64,000 nucleotides of DNA from an uncultured Bacteroidales bacterium. GTDB lineage: Bacteria; Bacteroidota; Bacteroidia; Bacteroidales; Paludibacteraceae. The position numbers were made by a program, and so were the translations under genes. Of the stretch, positions 8,431-18,762 are shown piece by piece; within the stretch, counting starts at the first letter, position 1, and every line of letters begins with the position of its first letter. The notes under the pieces are model-generated. The model was not told the origin of the DNA and did not search any database. It saw nothing but the letters and a program-made list of their open reading frames with translations. Location of the stretch: NCBI GenBank assembly GCA_949282265.1, contig CASDOZ010000005.1:173678-237677 (forward strand), read 5' to 3'.

Positions 8431-11400
8431 CTACTGTTTCAATATCCGGCATGCCGTCCGGGTGCTGCTGTTTTCATTTTCGCAGAGCAGGACATACAGT
8501 CCGGCCGCATAGCTGCTGAAGTCTATTTCACACTTGGGCATGTCGTTCACTGTTTCGTATATCTTCTGTCCGTACACATTATACAAGCGTATGACATTCA
8601 TGCCATCAAAAGGCATCTCCACCTTCAAGAAGTCTGTCACTGGATTCGGATAGACGGACAAGGCGTCATGGTCCTGTCCGGCCGGTTTCAGTGCCGTATC
8701 GTCTTCCCAGCCTTCATGGAAGTTGGTGATATACTTCTCCATAATTTCCATGGTGGACTTTTCAGTGCAGTAGTCCTTGTCGGGCGACACGCTCAAGTGG
8801 TTGCTCTCGTAGAAGTATCCCCCGCACCAAATGGTTGCCGTGAGCTGGTGCTGTTTCAAGTATGAAAATACGGAGTCTATCAGCACCATGTAGCGTTCAT
8901 CGGATTGCTTCGCGCCGTTGTAAGGCACGCCGAACTCACCCAGGATGCCGCGCTTGTTGTTTTCCTCCAACCAGTTGGTAAATGGGTCGAGGCGTTCGGC
9001 ATACACATCGAAGTTATTGCCGATTTCGGTGTCGTAGTCGTTCGTGTAGGTTCCGCTGTTGTTGCTGTCGAAATAGCAGTGCGCCTGGTAAATGATGTTG
9101 TTGCCTATGGGGTCGGTCAGGGTTTCCAATCCTGCGGCATTGCCCGGCCATCCGGCCGCACCCGCATAGTTCTTGCCCTCCACAACGATGGCCGTCTTCT
9201 CATCCACCTTGCGGATTTCATCTATGACGTACTGGTAACATTCCCTCAGCCCGTCCAAGTCCACATCCTTAGGCTCGTTCATCAGGTCGTAACCATAAAT
9301 ATTGCTGAAGCCCTTGAACTCGGTAGCCAGCTTTACCCACACGTCGGCAAACTCTTTCTTGGTCACTCCCGTGCCTTCGGGCGTGGTTTTCCAGTTGGTC
9401 CAGTATCCGTTGGCATTCTTTGTCCGGTAGCGTCCATCAATGGTGAAGAGTGTGTCGTTGCGGGTATATTCGGCATAATCGTGCATGTCGAGCATCACCC
9501 ACATGCCGAGGCGTTCAGCTTCAGCCACAACTTCTTTCATAGCTTCAATGTCCGTCTGCACCAGCGGCCCGTTCACCTCGCTCTGGACACGTTTCCAGCG
9601 GAAGGGGAAACGGATGAGCTTCACGCCTTTCGCGTTGAAGTACCACAGGTCTTCCATTTTGGGCATGGCGTAGTTGGTTCCCAGTACGCCCGGCACTGTT
9701 CCACCTGATGCAGACGACAAGTTAACGCCCAAGAATGGCTGGCGGACATTCGGTAATGTGCCGTCGGCCTTGTCGAATATGGGTTCGCAAGGACCTTCTT
9801 CTTCCTCGCAGCCGTCAGCCACCAGGCCGATAGGTTCCCCTTTGTAGGCAAACACATTGTCAAGGTAGATTTCCATGCCCGGGTAGCCACCGACGCGCAA
9901 ACGCAACACGTAGGCATCCGACAAGTCTACCAAATCCTTGTAATGGCACAACGGAATGCTGAACGACACCCATTGGCCGCGCTGCATGGTGATATAAGGC
10001 ACCGCAGTCGGGCTGTCCACCTTGTTGCCGGCCTTATCGTGCATCCAGAATGTAACCGTGGCCGGCTTGTTGGTAAAGTCAAGCTCGCTCATCAAGTAAA
10101 CGCTTGCATGAAGGTAGTCCATGCCGCTCAAGTCCATGGATGTGCTGTTCTTGTGAATCTTGAAAGGATAGTCGTTCCATTCCGTCAAATGAATCGTTTG
10201 GTTGCCTTCTACAATTTCCACAAATTCGCGATCCTGGTTCTGGTTCTGGCCATAGTACATCAAATTGCCGTTCGCATCCACATCGGTCATGCCCAGTTCA
10301 CTATCCTGATAGCCTTCTTCTTCATACTGTTCGCAAAAAATGGACAATACGTTCGCGGCATCGAGCGTAAAGGTCGGAACGGTTTCGGGAGCACTCACCT
10401 CTACCGCCGTCTGGTACGCATAAATATTGTCCACATAGAACGTACCCGAGCCCTTGAACTGCATCATGATAATCCCGTTCAGTTTCAGGTTCGAGATGGT
10501 GGAAAATTCCACAATCGGCACTTCCATGCTTACCCATTGCCCCGCAATAGTCTGCGGCCAATTGAAGTTGGACAAGTATTTGAAATCCTTGCCGCCCCAG
10601 TCGGCGCTGTTCAGCCCGAACTCAAATTCGCCCGTGCCGGTTTCGCCTGTCCAATAAACGTCCATGTGTATGTAATTGCAAGTGGATATATTCCAAATGG
10701 AAATGTTTATGCCGCTTGTGCTGAGATTTTCCAACACCATGACACTGTCTTCCATATTGCTTGCATAAGGTTGCAGTTTGGCCACTGTGTTCCCTGCATA
10801 GGTTACAGCCAGCGGCTCGGCTTTGGTGGCACGCTTATAGGTGTCGCTGAATGCACTCACCACTTCTGCCTCATTGTGGGTCGGCACGGGAGCTACCGGT
10901 ATGTCCACTCCTTCCACATACTCTTCCTTGTCGCCCCATGCGTATATATTGTCGATATGATATGTTCCCTTTCCCGAGAAACGAATTGCCTGCAAGTTGT
11001 TTGCATCATTCAGACCGGCCTTCACAAATTCCACCATTGGCACATCAATGCTGTTCCATTGGCCGGCTTTCAATGTTGGCCAGTTGTAATCATTTAAAAA
11101 AGTCAGGCTACCGCCAAATGATACTCCTAAACCAAATGAGAATGTACCAGCTGTTTCAGCCCATATATCCATGTGAATATATCCCTTTGTCTGCCCAGTC
11201 CAATTAGACGTGTAACAAACATAGCTGTTGCCAGCGGTTGTTAAAATCTGGTCATCGGTCCCGCTAATGGTATTTACCGTAATTTTATTGTCTCCACCCC
11301 AGCCCTGCGGTTCAGGTCCTTTACCGACCGTTTCATAATGGTCGCTGAACAGCGAAACGACATCAGCCGCATCGTGTTGGGGCGTGGGTGCCGGTTCTGT

Positions 11401-11478
11401 CGGAGCTGCCGCATAAGCCACCTGGAACATCATGCCAGACAGCAAAACGAACAAACTTTTAAAACATGGTTTAGTCAT
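8431..11478 (-). CDS. Multidomain secreted GH5 glycoside hydrolase: signal peptide, three CBM-like modules, GH5 catalytic domain, T9SS C-terminal domain
   Basis: GH5 motifs RFPFRWKRVQ, DMHDY, YDLMNEPKD (acid/base) and GEFGVP (nucleophile). Three roughly 170-aa N-terminal repeats share V.S.FSD.Y...YIHMD.W...GQW.S...Y.DNIYA. The C-terminus (LSVYPNPVTDFLKV...YNVYGQKIY...GLYVLLCE) is typical of Por/T9SS sorting domains. Confidence 0.85.
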   Translation of the reverse strand: MTKPCFKSLFVLLSGMMFQVAYAAAPTEPAPTPQHDAADVVSLFSDHYETVGKGPEPQGWGGDNKITVNTISGTDDQILTTAGNSYVCYTSNWTGQTKGYIHMDIWAETAGTFSFGLGVSFGGSLTFLNDYNWPTLKAGQWNSIDVPMVEFVKAGLNDANNLQAIRFSGKGTYHIDNIYAWGDKEEYVEGVDIPVAPVPTHNEAEVVSAFSDTYKRATKAEPLAVTYAGNTVAKLQPYASNMEDSVMVLENLSTSGINISIWNISTCNYIHMDVYWTGETGTGEFEFGLNSADWGGKDFKYLSNFNWPQTIAGQWVSMEVPIVEFSTISNLKLNGIIMMQFKGSGTFYVDNIYAYQTAVEVSAPETVPTFTLDAANVLSIFCEQYEEEGYQDSELGMTDVDANGNLMYYGQNQNQDREFVEIVEGNQTIHLTEWNDYPFKIHKNSTSMDLSGMDYLHASVYLMSELDFTNKPATVTFWMHDKAGNKVDSPTAVPYITMQRGQWVSFSIPLCHYKDLVDLSDAYVLRLRVGGYPGMEIYLDNVFAYKGEPIGLVADGCEEEEGPCEPIFDKADGTLPNVRQPFLGVNLSSASGGTVPGVLGTNYAMPKMEDLWYFNAKGVKLIRFPFRWKRVQSEVNGPLVQTDIEAMKEVVAEAERLGMWVMLDMHDYAEYTRNDTLFTIDGRYRTKNANGYWTNWKTTPEGTGVTKKEFADVWVKLATEFKGFSNIYGYDLMNEPKDVDLDGLRECYQYVIDEIRKVDEKTAIVVEGKNYAGAAGWPGNAAGLETLTDPIGNNIIYQAHCYFDSNNSGTYTNDYDTEIGNNFDVYAERLDPFTNWLEENNKRGILGEFGVPYNGAKQSDERYMVLIDSVFSYLKQHQLTATIWCGGYFYESNHLSVSPDKDYCTEKSTMEIMEKYITNFHEGWEDDTALKPAGQDHDALSVYPNPVTDFLKVEMPFDGMNVIRLYNVYGQKIYETVNDMPKCEIDFSSYAAGLYVLLCENENSSTRTACRILKQ

Positions 11479-11517
11479 GATATATCAACTTTTAAGTTTA
11501 CTTCTTACAAAACACAA

Positions 11518-11554
11518 GGGACTGTGCCGCCACTTGCATCCTGGGCACAGTCCC
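11518..11554 (-). terminator. Intrinsic terminator after 11566-12417
   Basis: 11-bp stem GGGACTGTGCC/GGCACAGTCCC, followed on the minus strand by a T-rich tract. Confidence 0.6.
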
Positions 11555-11565
11555 CATTCATTCAC

Positions 11566-12417
11566 TTATTTTATCACTTTACTACTGGTTTTCTGTCCGT
11601 TGGCAAAATCAACAGAAACGACATACATGCCACTGGCGAGGTCTGCCACATTCAGAGTAACGGATGTCTGGTTCACAGAAACGGATTTCACTTCCTGTCC
11701 GGCAACGTTATATACGCGCAAGGATTTGATTACCTGCGGTGCCATGCAATACAGGTTCTGACCATTGATGTAGGTTTTAACATCAGATGCAAAAACATTA
11801 TCCAAAGCAGTACTTTCACGAACCACGCCACCCAGGCAGGTCGGCTCGCCGTTGAAGCAGATAAAGTTGGTTACATAAATTTCATCGGAATATACCAAGC
11901 CTTCACCTTCACCGCCAAAACGCAGATAGTGTGCAGCGTTTGGCCCCCAATCAACTAGAAAATCAGCTATTGGGTAGTCGATGGAATACCATTTTCCAGC
12001 TTCCATAACACCTTTTTCTATGAGCGGGAAATACTGTTCCTTCGTGTCTGGATAGTGACGGTGGAAACCAATTTGGAACATAGTCTCTTCATTGCAAAAT
12101 ACATCCACATGCACATACTCATAGCTTTTAATTTCGGCATTTCCGCCTAAAGCAATAGGCAACCATCCCAAATCTCTCAATACCAAAATGCCAGCCAGAC
12201 CATCGGCTGTTGCCGTATAGTCATATGTGGCCGTCTGTCCCCATACAGGAGCACTCATATCGGGATATGCTTCCCCATATTTTTCGCTGAAAAATGACAA
12301 TACATCTTCTGCCGGATAATCCAAATCAGGAGGAGCAACCGGAGGTACTTGTGCCGAAACCATTGTTGAGCCGCATACTACAGCAGCCATCAACATCCAT
12401 TTTGTAATCGTTTTCAT
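11566..12417 (-). CDS. Stand-alone CBM-like module protein with T9SS C-terminal domain
   Basis: Signal peptide, then one copy of the same module found three times in the neighbouring GH5 (VLSFFSEKYGE...YVHVDVF...GKWYSIDYP...), then a T9SS CTD (LRVYNVAGQEV...SGMYVVSVDF..KVIK). Confidence 0.75.
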   Translation of the reverse strand: MKTITKWMLMAAVVCGSTMVSAQVPPVAPPDLDYPAEDVLSFFSEKYGEAYPDMSAPVWGQTATYDYTATADGLAGILVLRDLGWLPIALGGNAEIKSYEYVHVDVFCNEETMFQIGFHRHYPDTKEQYFPLIEKGVMEAGKWYSIDYPIADFLVDWGPNAAHYLRFGGEGEGLVYSDEIYVTNFICFNGEPTCLGGVVRESTALDNVFASDVKTYINGQNLYCMAPQVIKSLRVYNVAGQEVKSVSVNQTSVTLNVADLASGMYVVSVDFANGQKTSSKVIK

Positions 12418-12485
12418 TTTACTAAAAATTAAATTGTTAATAAATAAAGTTGTTTGATATATTATCCATGCCTTGCGGCACGGGT

Positions 12486-13505
12486 TTATTCCGTTACAAG
12501 ATATTCAGTCAATATCGAAACTTGCGGCATGTCGGTCGTGTAATTATTTTTAGGCTGCACGCCCAATATGTAGTTGTTCCAACGTGCCCCGGCCGCCCAA
12601 TACGTCCCGTTCACGCCCTGTTCCTGCATATAGGCCAACATGTGCTCCAAGCAAACAGCCCAACGATTATCGGTCGCCGGTATGCCGTATTCACCGACAA
12701 ACCCCCGCAGGTTGTTCGCCTTCAACCATTGTACAAACGGCCGCAAACGCTCAATTCCAACGTAAGGATGTGCCTTCTCCTCATCATACGAGCGGCGATA
12801 TACACCCGAGGCATCTTCGTCAAAGTAGCAATGGGCTTCGAAAACCAGATTGTCAGCTGGGTCATACAAATATTTCAATTCATCGCTCACCAGCAACCAA
12901 CGCTCCGCCGAGCTCCAATGATTGCCGCCGACAATGATAGTCGTAACCGTATCCACCTTACGAATTTCCGAAATGCAGGCTTGGGCTATCTTTACCCACG
13001 GCGTATGTTCCAACATGTCGTGCGGTTCGTTCATCAACCCGTAACCGTATATGCAACTTTTATACTCCTGCAATTCGGCGGCAAGGCGTTTCCAGAAATC
13101 GCCCAATGCCTCCAAAGGCAATTCCGGCTCTCCCAGAATGTATGTCTGTTCACCGACTTTGCGGCGTCCATAATTATGCAAATCCAAGATTATTTTCAGG
13201 CCGCGCTCATCCGCCTCCTGCAACATTTGCCGCATCACGCCTACTTCCGCTTCCGTCAGAGGGCCGAAAGGTTCATGCTGGATACGCTCCCATTTAAACG
13301 GTACGCGCAACAACCGCAACTGTTTCGCTGCCCAATAATCCAAATCGGCCGTCGTCGGATAAAAATAGTCCTTATTAACCTCTCCGGGCATTTTAGAGCC
13401 GTGTCCAAACTCTGCACCCGCCAAATTGACACCGAATGGCAAACCACTCTGGGCAAAAACACTGCCTGCAAACAGGCACCACATCCACAAAAAAATCCTT
13501 TTCAT
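12486..13505 (-). CDS. GH5 endo-glycanase (cellulase-family), secreted
   Basis: Signal peptide MKRIFLWMWCLFAGSVFAQ. GH5 motifs RVPFKWERIQ, LDLHNY, YGLMNEPHD and GEYGIP. Confidence 0.85.
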   Translation of the reverse strand: MKRIFLWMWCLFAGSVFAQSGLPFGVNLAGAEFGHGSKMPGEVNKDYFYPTTADLDYWAAKQLRLLRVPFKWERIQHEPFGPLTEAEVGVMRQMLQEADERGLKIILDLHNYGRRKVGEQTYILGEPELPLEALGDFWKRLAAELQEYKSCIYGYGLMNEPHDMLEHTPWVKIAQACISEIRKVDTVTTIIVGGNHWSSAERWLLVSDELKYLYDPADNLVFEAHCYFDEDASGVYRRSYDEEKAHPYVGIERLRPFVQWLKANNLRGFVGEYGIPATDNRWAVCLEHMLAYMQEQGVNGTYWAAGARWNNYILGVQPKNNYTTDMPQVSILTEYLVTE

Positions 13506-13517
13506 AACATATTGCTT

Positions 13518-15626
13518 TTATTCATATACATATAACAACGTAGCCCCTTGAGCAATATCGGCATGGCGTATAATGCCATCCTGCACTTTACGACCGTTCA
13601 CATAAACCGCAACCAATTCAGTAGCATCGGGTGTTATTTTGCGAGTCCGCACAAGAATCTGTTTCCCATTTTCGCGTTCAATCGTGACTTCTGGAAAAGC
13701 AGAAGGCAGCACATAATAAAAATCCTGCCCAGCGTTCGGGAAAAATCCTATTGACGTAAACACATACCATGCTCCCATAGCCCCGCTGTCTTCATTCTCA
13801 GGATAACCGGTTTCCAAGGAAAAATGATTATTACGGATTTTGTCCACATATTTAGCTGTCAAATCCGGCCGACCGCAATGCGTAAAAATAAACGGCGACA
13901 AAAAACCTGGTTCATTGTCCAGTTCTATCAAATCATGGTCAAACCCGAAACACAAGCGGCGCACCATCTCGTCCTTGCCTCCACACAACTCAATCAATCG
14001 TTCGAACTGGTGCGGGACAAACAAGGTATAAACCCACGAATTACCTTCATAGAAATATTCCACCCACGAGCCATATCGTTTGGCAGGATCGATTTTTATC
14101 CATTCACCATCTTTTTTACGCGGTCCGACAAACCCCTTGAATCCATAACTTTCCAATTCTGGATTAAACAAGTTTACCCAACGGGTCGCACGTTCCGAAA
14201 GTTGCTTTTCCACTAAGGAATCGCCCATCAGGCCGGCAACAGTGGCCACACAAAAATCATTATAAGCATATTCCATCGTATAACTGCAACTCATTCGCTC
14301 TGCCGGTTCTGGTTCCCAGCCATAACGGATATAAGCTGGACTCCGCTGTTGAAAAGCGTCCGATTTCAACAATGCATAAGCCTTGGACTTGTCAAAACCA
14401 CCAACCCCTTTCACAAAAGCATCCGCTATAATATTATCAACATCGTCGCCACCTTGCTTCCAATCCCATTCCAGGGAACTTGTAAAAGTAGGCCGGCATT
14501 TACCGTTATGCTCAAAACGATCAACAAACGAACATATTACCCTGCCGACAAAACTCTCGTCCAACAAAACCATCAACGGGAATTTGGTCCGCCATGTATC
14601 CCACACACAATAATGATCATCGAAATGCGGCACCGTGTTTTCCCAATGCGGATTGTCGCCTGTGCGGTCACGCGGCATCACATAGCTGTGATACATAGCC
14701 GTATAGAACATGCGCTCTTCTTCAGCAGTACCACCCTTTACCGAAATTTTGGCAAAAACATCTTCCCACATGCCTTTGGCTTGGGCGCAAAGCGTATCAA
14801 ATGTATTCCCGGAAATTTCATTCGCCAGATACATCCGGGCATTGTCCACACTTTTGAACGAAATACCGACTTGCAGGCAAACCGTTCCCGGATTCTTCGG
14901 AAGAGCCAACCGGGCATACAATGCTTCCGGTATATTTTCGGAAACTGTAACTTCCTTTATAGGGCAATCCAAATACATAGCAAAATACACCTTATAAGGT
15001 GCATCATCGCCAAAACCTCCTGCATACTCACCCCAACCTGTAATATATCCGCTTTTTTCGTCATAGGCAATGCCGCCATCCAAAAAGCGCCCTCCCACAA
15101 TCGGAACTATATGTTGCGGAATATTATGTGCCACATCCAAAAGAATATTGGCGTCCTGGGTTTCTGGAAACGTAAAACGATAACTTGCGCAATGATGTGT
15201 CGGCGTTATTTCTGTTTTTATGCCATAACGTTCCAAATCGACTGAATAATAATACGGGTGTGCTATCTCGTTTGCTTTATCCGAATCATGTCCGGCCTCT
15301 TCGGCATCAAAACCGACCTGGGGCGAAAGCAATATCTGCCCGTATCGTCCCCAGCCGATTCCCGATACATGCAACTGGGCAAAGCCTCTGATAGGCTTAT
15401 CAGCTTTGTAACCGCCATGCGAACCATCCTGGGTTTGCGGCGATGGATTGACCGAACCATGAGGAATCTGAGGGCCGATAACACAATGGCTCATACCTTG
15501 CACCCCCATGAACATATCTACCATATCTGCTTTCGAGATTGTTTCGGAGGCATTTCCCGCAATAGCAGGGAACTGGCACAACACACAGCAAGCCAAACCC
15601 AAAAACAACTTTTTATATCTTACCAT
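13518..15626 (-). CDS. GH92-family alpha-mannosidase
   Basis: About 700 aa with GH92-like blocks (HPYYYSV, TMEYAYNDF, EGNSWVYTLFVPH, NEPGFLSPFIF). Start chosen at ATG 15626 (MVRYKKLFLGLACC..., signal peptide). The gene ends 12 bp before the GH5 gene. Confidence 0.8.
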   Translation of the reverse strand: MVRYKKLFLGLACCVLCQFPAIAGNASETISKADMVDMFMGVQGMSHCVIGPQIPHGSVNPSPQTQDGSHGGYKADKPIRGFAQLHVSGIGWGRYGQILLSPQVGFDAEEAGHDSDKANEIAHPYYYSVDLERYGIKTEITPTHHCASYRFTFPETQDANILLDVAHNIPQHIVPIVGGRFLDGGIAYDEKSGYITGWGEYAGGFGDDAPYKVYFAMYLDCPIKEVTVSENIPEALYARLALPKNPGTVCLQVGISFKSVDNARMYLANEISGNTFDTLCAQAKGMWEDVFAKISVKGGTAEEERMFYTAMYHSYVMPRDRTGDNPHWENTVPHFDDHYCVWDTWRTKFPLMVLLDESFVGRVICSFVDRFEHNGKCRPTFTSSLEWDWKQGGDDVDNIIADAFVKGVGGFDKSKAYALLKSDAFQQRSPAYIRYGWEPEPAERMSCSYTMEYAYNDFCVATVAGLMGDSLVEKQLSERATRWVNLFNPELESYGFKGFVGPRKKDGEWIKIDPAKRYGSWVEYFYEGNSWVYTLFVPHQFERLIELCGGKDEMVRRLCFGFDHDLIELDNEPGFLSPFIFTHCGRPDLTAKYVDKIRNNHFSLETGYPENEDSGAMGAWYVFTSIGFFPNAGQDFYYVLPSAFPEVTIERENGKQILVRTRKITPDATELVAVYVNGRKVQDGIIRHADIAQGATLLYVYE

Positions 15627-16030
15627 ATCCATTTGTTTATCCATTTTTCTGTCATCCAGATTTTTAAACACGAGGCAAATGTAATAGGTATTCCTACCAC
15701 GACTATATAAAAATATTGGATTTCAATACAAGAATACTACAACAATCGCCACGATAACGAAATGAACTATCATACGAATAAAAATATCTTATAACAAGAC
15801 CCTCCACAACTCCATTTCGACTTTTTATCCGAAAAGCATCCGGCTGGCTAACCACAACCGGGCTGGCCAAGCCAAAACATGGGAAACCGTTGGCGAAAAA
15901 CTATAAAAATCACTTATTACAATATTGTTGCACAAACAGAGAAGATTTTGCTATCCTGTTCCATATTATATGTATTCTTTTGCGGAACATTCAACAAATC
16001 GCAAGTTTAACAAGTAAAAAAATTTCTATC

Positions 16031-17389
16031 ATGAAAAAATTATTCGCTTTAAGTTTTGTGGCTTGCATTACATTCTTAAATGTACAAGCACAAGATCTTT
16101 ACATTCGTTTCAACATGGTTCCTGAAGGCTCTGGTTTGTTGACGGGAAGCCAAAGCGGTGAAGCCGGGACAGGAAAACCGATTACTTTTTCTAATAACGT
16201 ACCAACTGATGCTTATCTTATGGATACCCCTGCCACCGAGAGTGACATCTATTCAAAAACATTGACCCTGCCGGCTGGAAATTATGAATATCAAGTAGTA
16301 TTTGACGATGGAACTGGCACACAAGGAGAAAAAGGTGCCTGGACAGACGGACGGTCATTTAGCCTCTCTGAAGAAACAGCTATTGTGTTCAGGGCAAAAA
16401 TAACAGACGGTTTTGTAAAATTCCTATGCGACGCACAAGTCTTGAACTTCTGCTCTTATTCAGATGGTAAAAATCCATTATTGTTCACCCGCATAAGCGA
16501 TGAATATTCCCAGATTTACATCACTGACCCTAATTATAAAGGCACCTTGCAGGCAGTTATCTTCCCAGATAACAACGTGGCCTTCTTGGCAGATGTATTG
16601 CCAATAGGAAAAGGTAAATACAACATTCCTGGCGGTGCCAATGGAAAGGTCAGATGGCAGGTAAGTTACAATCGCCATACATTGACATGCGATAATGCAG
16701 TAAAACTGGTAACTTTATTGGACACAGACCTTATCGGCATTGGCGCAGAAGCCACATTGGGCAATGCGACCGATTTGGCAGCTGAACTGGGCACATTTTC
16801 CACTTCAACACCTCTCTTCGTAAGCGGAGGAACGACCAGTGTTTCCGCACGCATTGGCGTAGATGGCCCTGCCGGGGCAGAAAAAGCAAATGACCTGCTT
16901 AAAATAATGCCCAAAGATATTGCTGCTTACATGTGTTACACCATAACACAAAACGACGGGATAGTTCGTACAGACAGAATTGGACTGACAACAGATGATA
17001 TGGAAACGCCGGCATATGAAACAATATGGCAAACTGCCGAAGCAACAAATATCAGCACTGGTTTGGACAATGGCACATACAATCTGAATATCCATTATGA
17101 AACAATTTGCCACAACGACACTATATGTTCAAATGAATATACAACCACGTTCAGCATTGCAAACGGAGCTGCAACCGGACTGAACGATGCATTTATGGCA
17201 CCTCAAATTAAAGTCAATGCGCAAAATATACAAGCCCAATTTAATGGGAATGCAACAGTCTGCCTATTATCCATTACAGGCCAACTGATTGACCGGCAAG
17301 AAGCCACAAGCCAATACAACAAACAAGTCAGTCCAGGCATGTATATATTATCCATTGCTGGAGAAACGTATAAAATTATTGTCAAGTAA
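16031..17389 (+). CDS. Secreted protein of unknown function with T9SS C-terminal domain
   Basis: Start at ATG 16031 (MKKLFALSFVACITFLNVQAQ). The C-terminus VCLLSITGQLI...PGMYILSIAGETYKIIVK is T9SS-CTD-like. The body matches no family I recognise. Confidence 0.7.
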   Translation: MKKLFALSFVACITFLNVQAQDLYIRFNMVPEGSGLLTGSQSGEAGTGKPITFSNNVPTDAYLMDTPATESDIYSKTLTLPAGNYEYQVVFDDGTGTQGEKGAWTDGRSFSLSEETAIVFRAKITDGFVKFLCDAQVLNFCSYSDGKNPLLFTRISDEYSQIYITDPNYKGTLQAVIFPDNNVAFLADVLPIGKGKYNIPGGANGKVRWQVSYNRHTLTCDNAVKLVTLLDTDLIGIGAEATLGNATDLAAELGTFSTSTPLFVSGGTTSVSARIGVDGPAGAEKANDLLKIMPKDIAAYMCYTITQNDGIVRTDRIGLTTDDMETPAYETIWQTAEATNISTGLDNGTYNLNIHYETICHNDTICSNEYTTTFSIANGAATGLNDAFMAPQIKVNAQNIQAQFNGNATVCLLSITGQLIDRQEATSQYNKQVSPGMYILSIAGETYKIIVK

Positions 17390-17414
17390 AAAACATCACG
17401 TTTGACATGAGCAA

Positions 17415-17451
17415 AATAAAGGTTAGCAAAATTGGCTGACCTTTATTTTTT
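17415..17451 (+). terminator. Intrinsic terminator
   Basis: Stem AATAAAGGT(TAGC)/(GCTG)ACCTTTATT followed by TTTT. Confidence 0.65.
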
Positions 17452-17620
17452 AATTTAATAATGGATAGTACAAGCAACACAACCACAAAAAAGCCATTTC
17501 TGGATTTATCCCTCCACACACTAAAAACAGAGACAGATGCTTTAAAGCCATTTTCAGACAAAAACACAGTAGAAACGAAAGTTTAGGTGGAATTTAATTG
17601 ATATAACCGAAAAAAAAATG

Positions 17621-17628
17621 TACTTTTG
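17621..17628 (+). promoter_or_regulatory. -7 box TACTTTTG upstream of serC
   Basis: Matches the TAnnTTTG consensus and lies 39 nt upstream of the ATG at 17667. Confidence 0.5.
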
Positions 17629-17666
17629 CGCGCAAATTCACCAAAAACATATCAAATTAGTAGTAT

Positions 17667-18737
17667 ATGAAGAAGCATAATTTTAACGCAGGACCTTCCA
17701 TCCTGCCGCGCGAAGTGATTGAAAAGACAGCACAGGCCGTCCTCGATTTCCAAAACGACGGTTTGTCGATTCTTGAAATCAGCCACAGGGCAAAAAATTT
17801 CCAGCCGATTGTTGACGAAGCTGTCGCCTTGTTCAAGGAATTGCTCAACATTCCGGATGGCTATTCAGTTATTTTCTTGGGCGGAGGCGCGAGTATGCAA
17901 TTCTGCATGGTACCGTTCAACCTGCTTGAAAAGAAAGCCGCATACCTGAACACAGGTGTCTGGGCAAAGAAAGCCATGAAGGAAGCCAAAGGTTTCGGCG
18001 AAGTGGTTGAAGTAGCCTCATCGGCCGATGCCAACTACACATTCATCCCGAAAGACTTCACTATTCCTGCTGATGCAGATTATTTCCATATCACGACCAA
18101 CAACACGATATACGGCACGGAATTGCTGAAGGACTTGGATTCACCGGTTCCATTGGTAGCCGACATGTCATCCGACATTTTCTCGCGGCCGGTTGACGTA
18201 AGCAAATACGGCATCATATACGGCGGCGCACAGAAAAACCTGGCTCCGGCCGGCGTAACGTTCGCCATTGTCCGCAACGACATCCTGGGCAAGGTGAGCC
18301 GCCACATCCCGACCATGCTCGACTACCGGACACATATCGACAACGGCTCCATGTTCAACACACCGCCCGTATTGCCTATCTACACGGCATTGGAAACCCT
18401 GCGCTGGCTCAAAGCCAACGGCGGCGTGGAAGGAGCGGAAAAACGCAACATTGCCAAGGCCGAATTGCTTTACAACGCCATTGACAACAGCAAAATGTTC
18501 GTCGGGACAGCCCGCAAGGAAGACCGCTCGCGCATGAACATCTGCTTTGTCATGAAAGAAAAATACAAAGAACTTGAAAGCGAATTTATCACTTTCGCGA
18601 CAAGCAAAGGCATGGTCGGCATAAAGGGACATCGTTCCGTCGGCGGTTTCCGTGCGTCGTGCTACAACGCGTTGCCTATCGAAAGCGTGCAAGCCTTGAT
18701 TGACTGTATGCATGAATTTGAAAGCCTCCATGCTTAA
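17667..18737 (+). CDS. serC: Phosphoserine aminotransferase
   Basis: Full-length match to the SerC pattern ([14 protein letters not shown]..., ...[11 protein letters not shown]..., ...[15 protein letters not shown]...). Confidence 0.95.
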   Translation: MKKHNFNAGPSILPREVIEKTAQAVLDFQNDGLSILEISHRAKNFQPIVDEAVALFKELLNIPDGYSVIFLGGGASMQFCMVPFNLLEKKAAYLNTGVWAKKAMKEAKGFGEVVEVASSADANYTFIPKDFTIPADADYFHITTNNTIYGTELLKDLDSPVPLVADMSSDIFSRPVDVSKYGIIYGGAQKNLAPAGVTFAIVRNDILGKVSRHIPTMLDYRTHIDNGSMFNTPPVLPIYTALETLRWLKANGGVEGAEKRNIAKAELLYNAIDNSKMFVGTARKEDRSRMNICFVMKEKYKELESEFITFATSKGMVGIKGHRSVGGFRASCYNALPIESVQALIDCMHEFESLHA

Positions 18738-18762
18738 AACGAACCTATAAAATCAACCGAAT

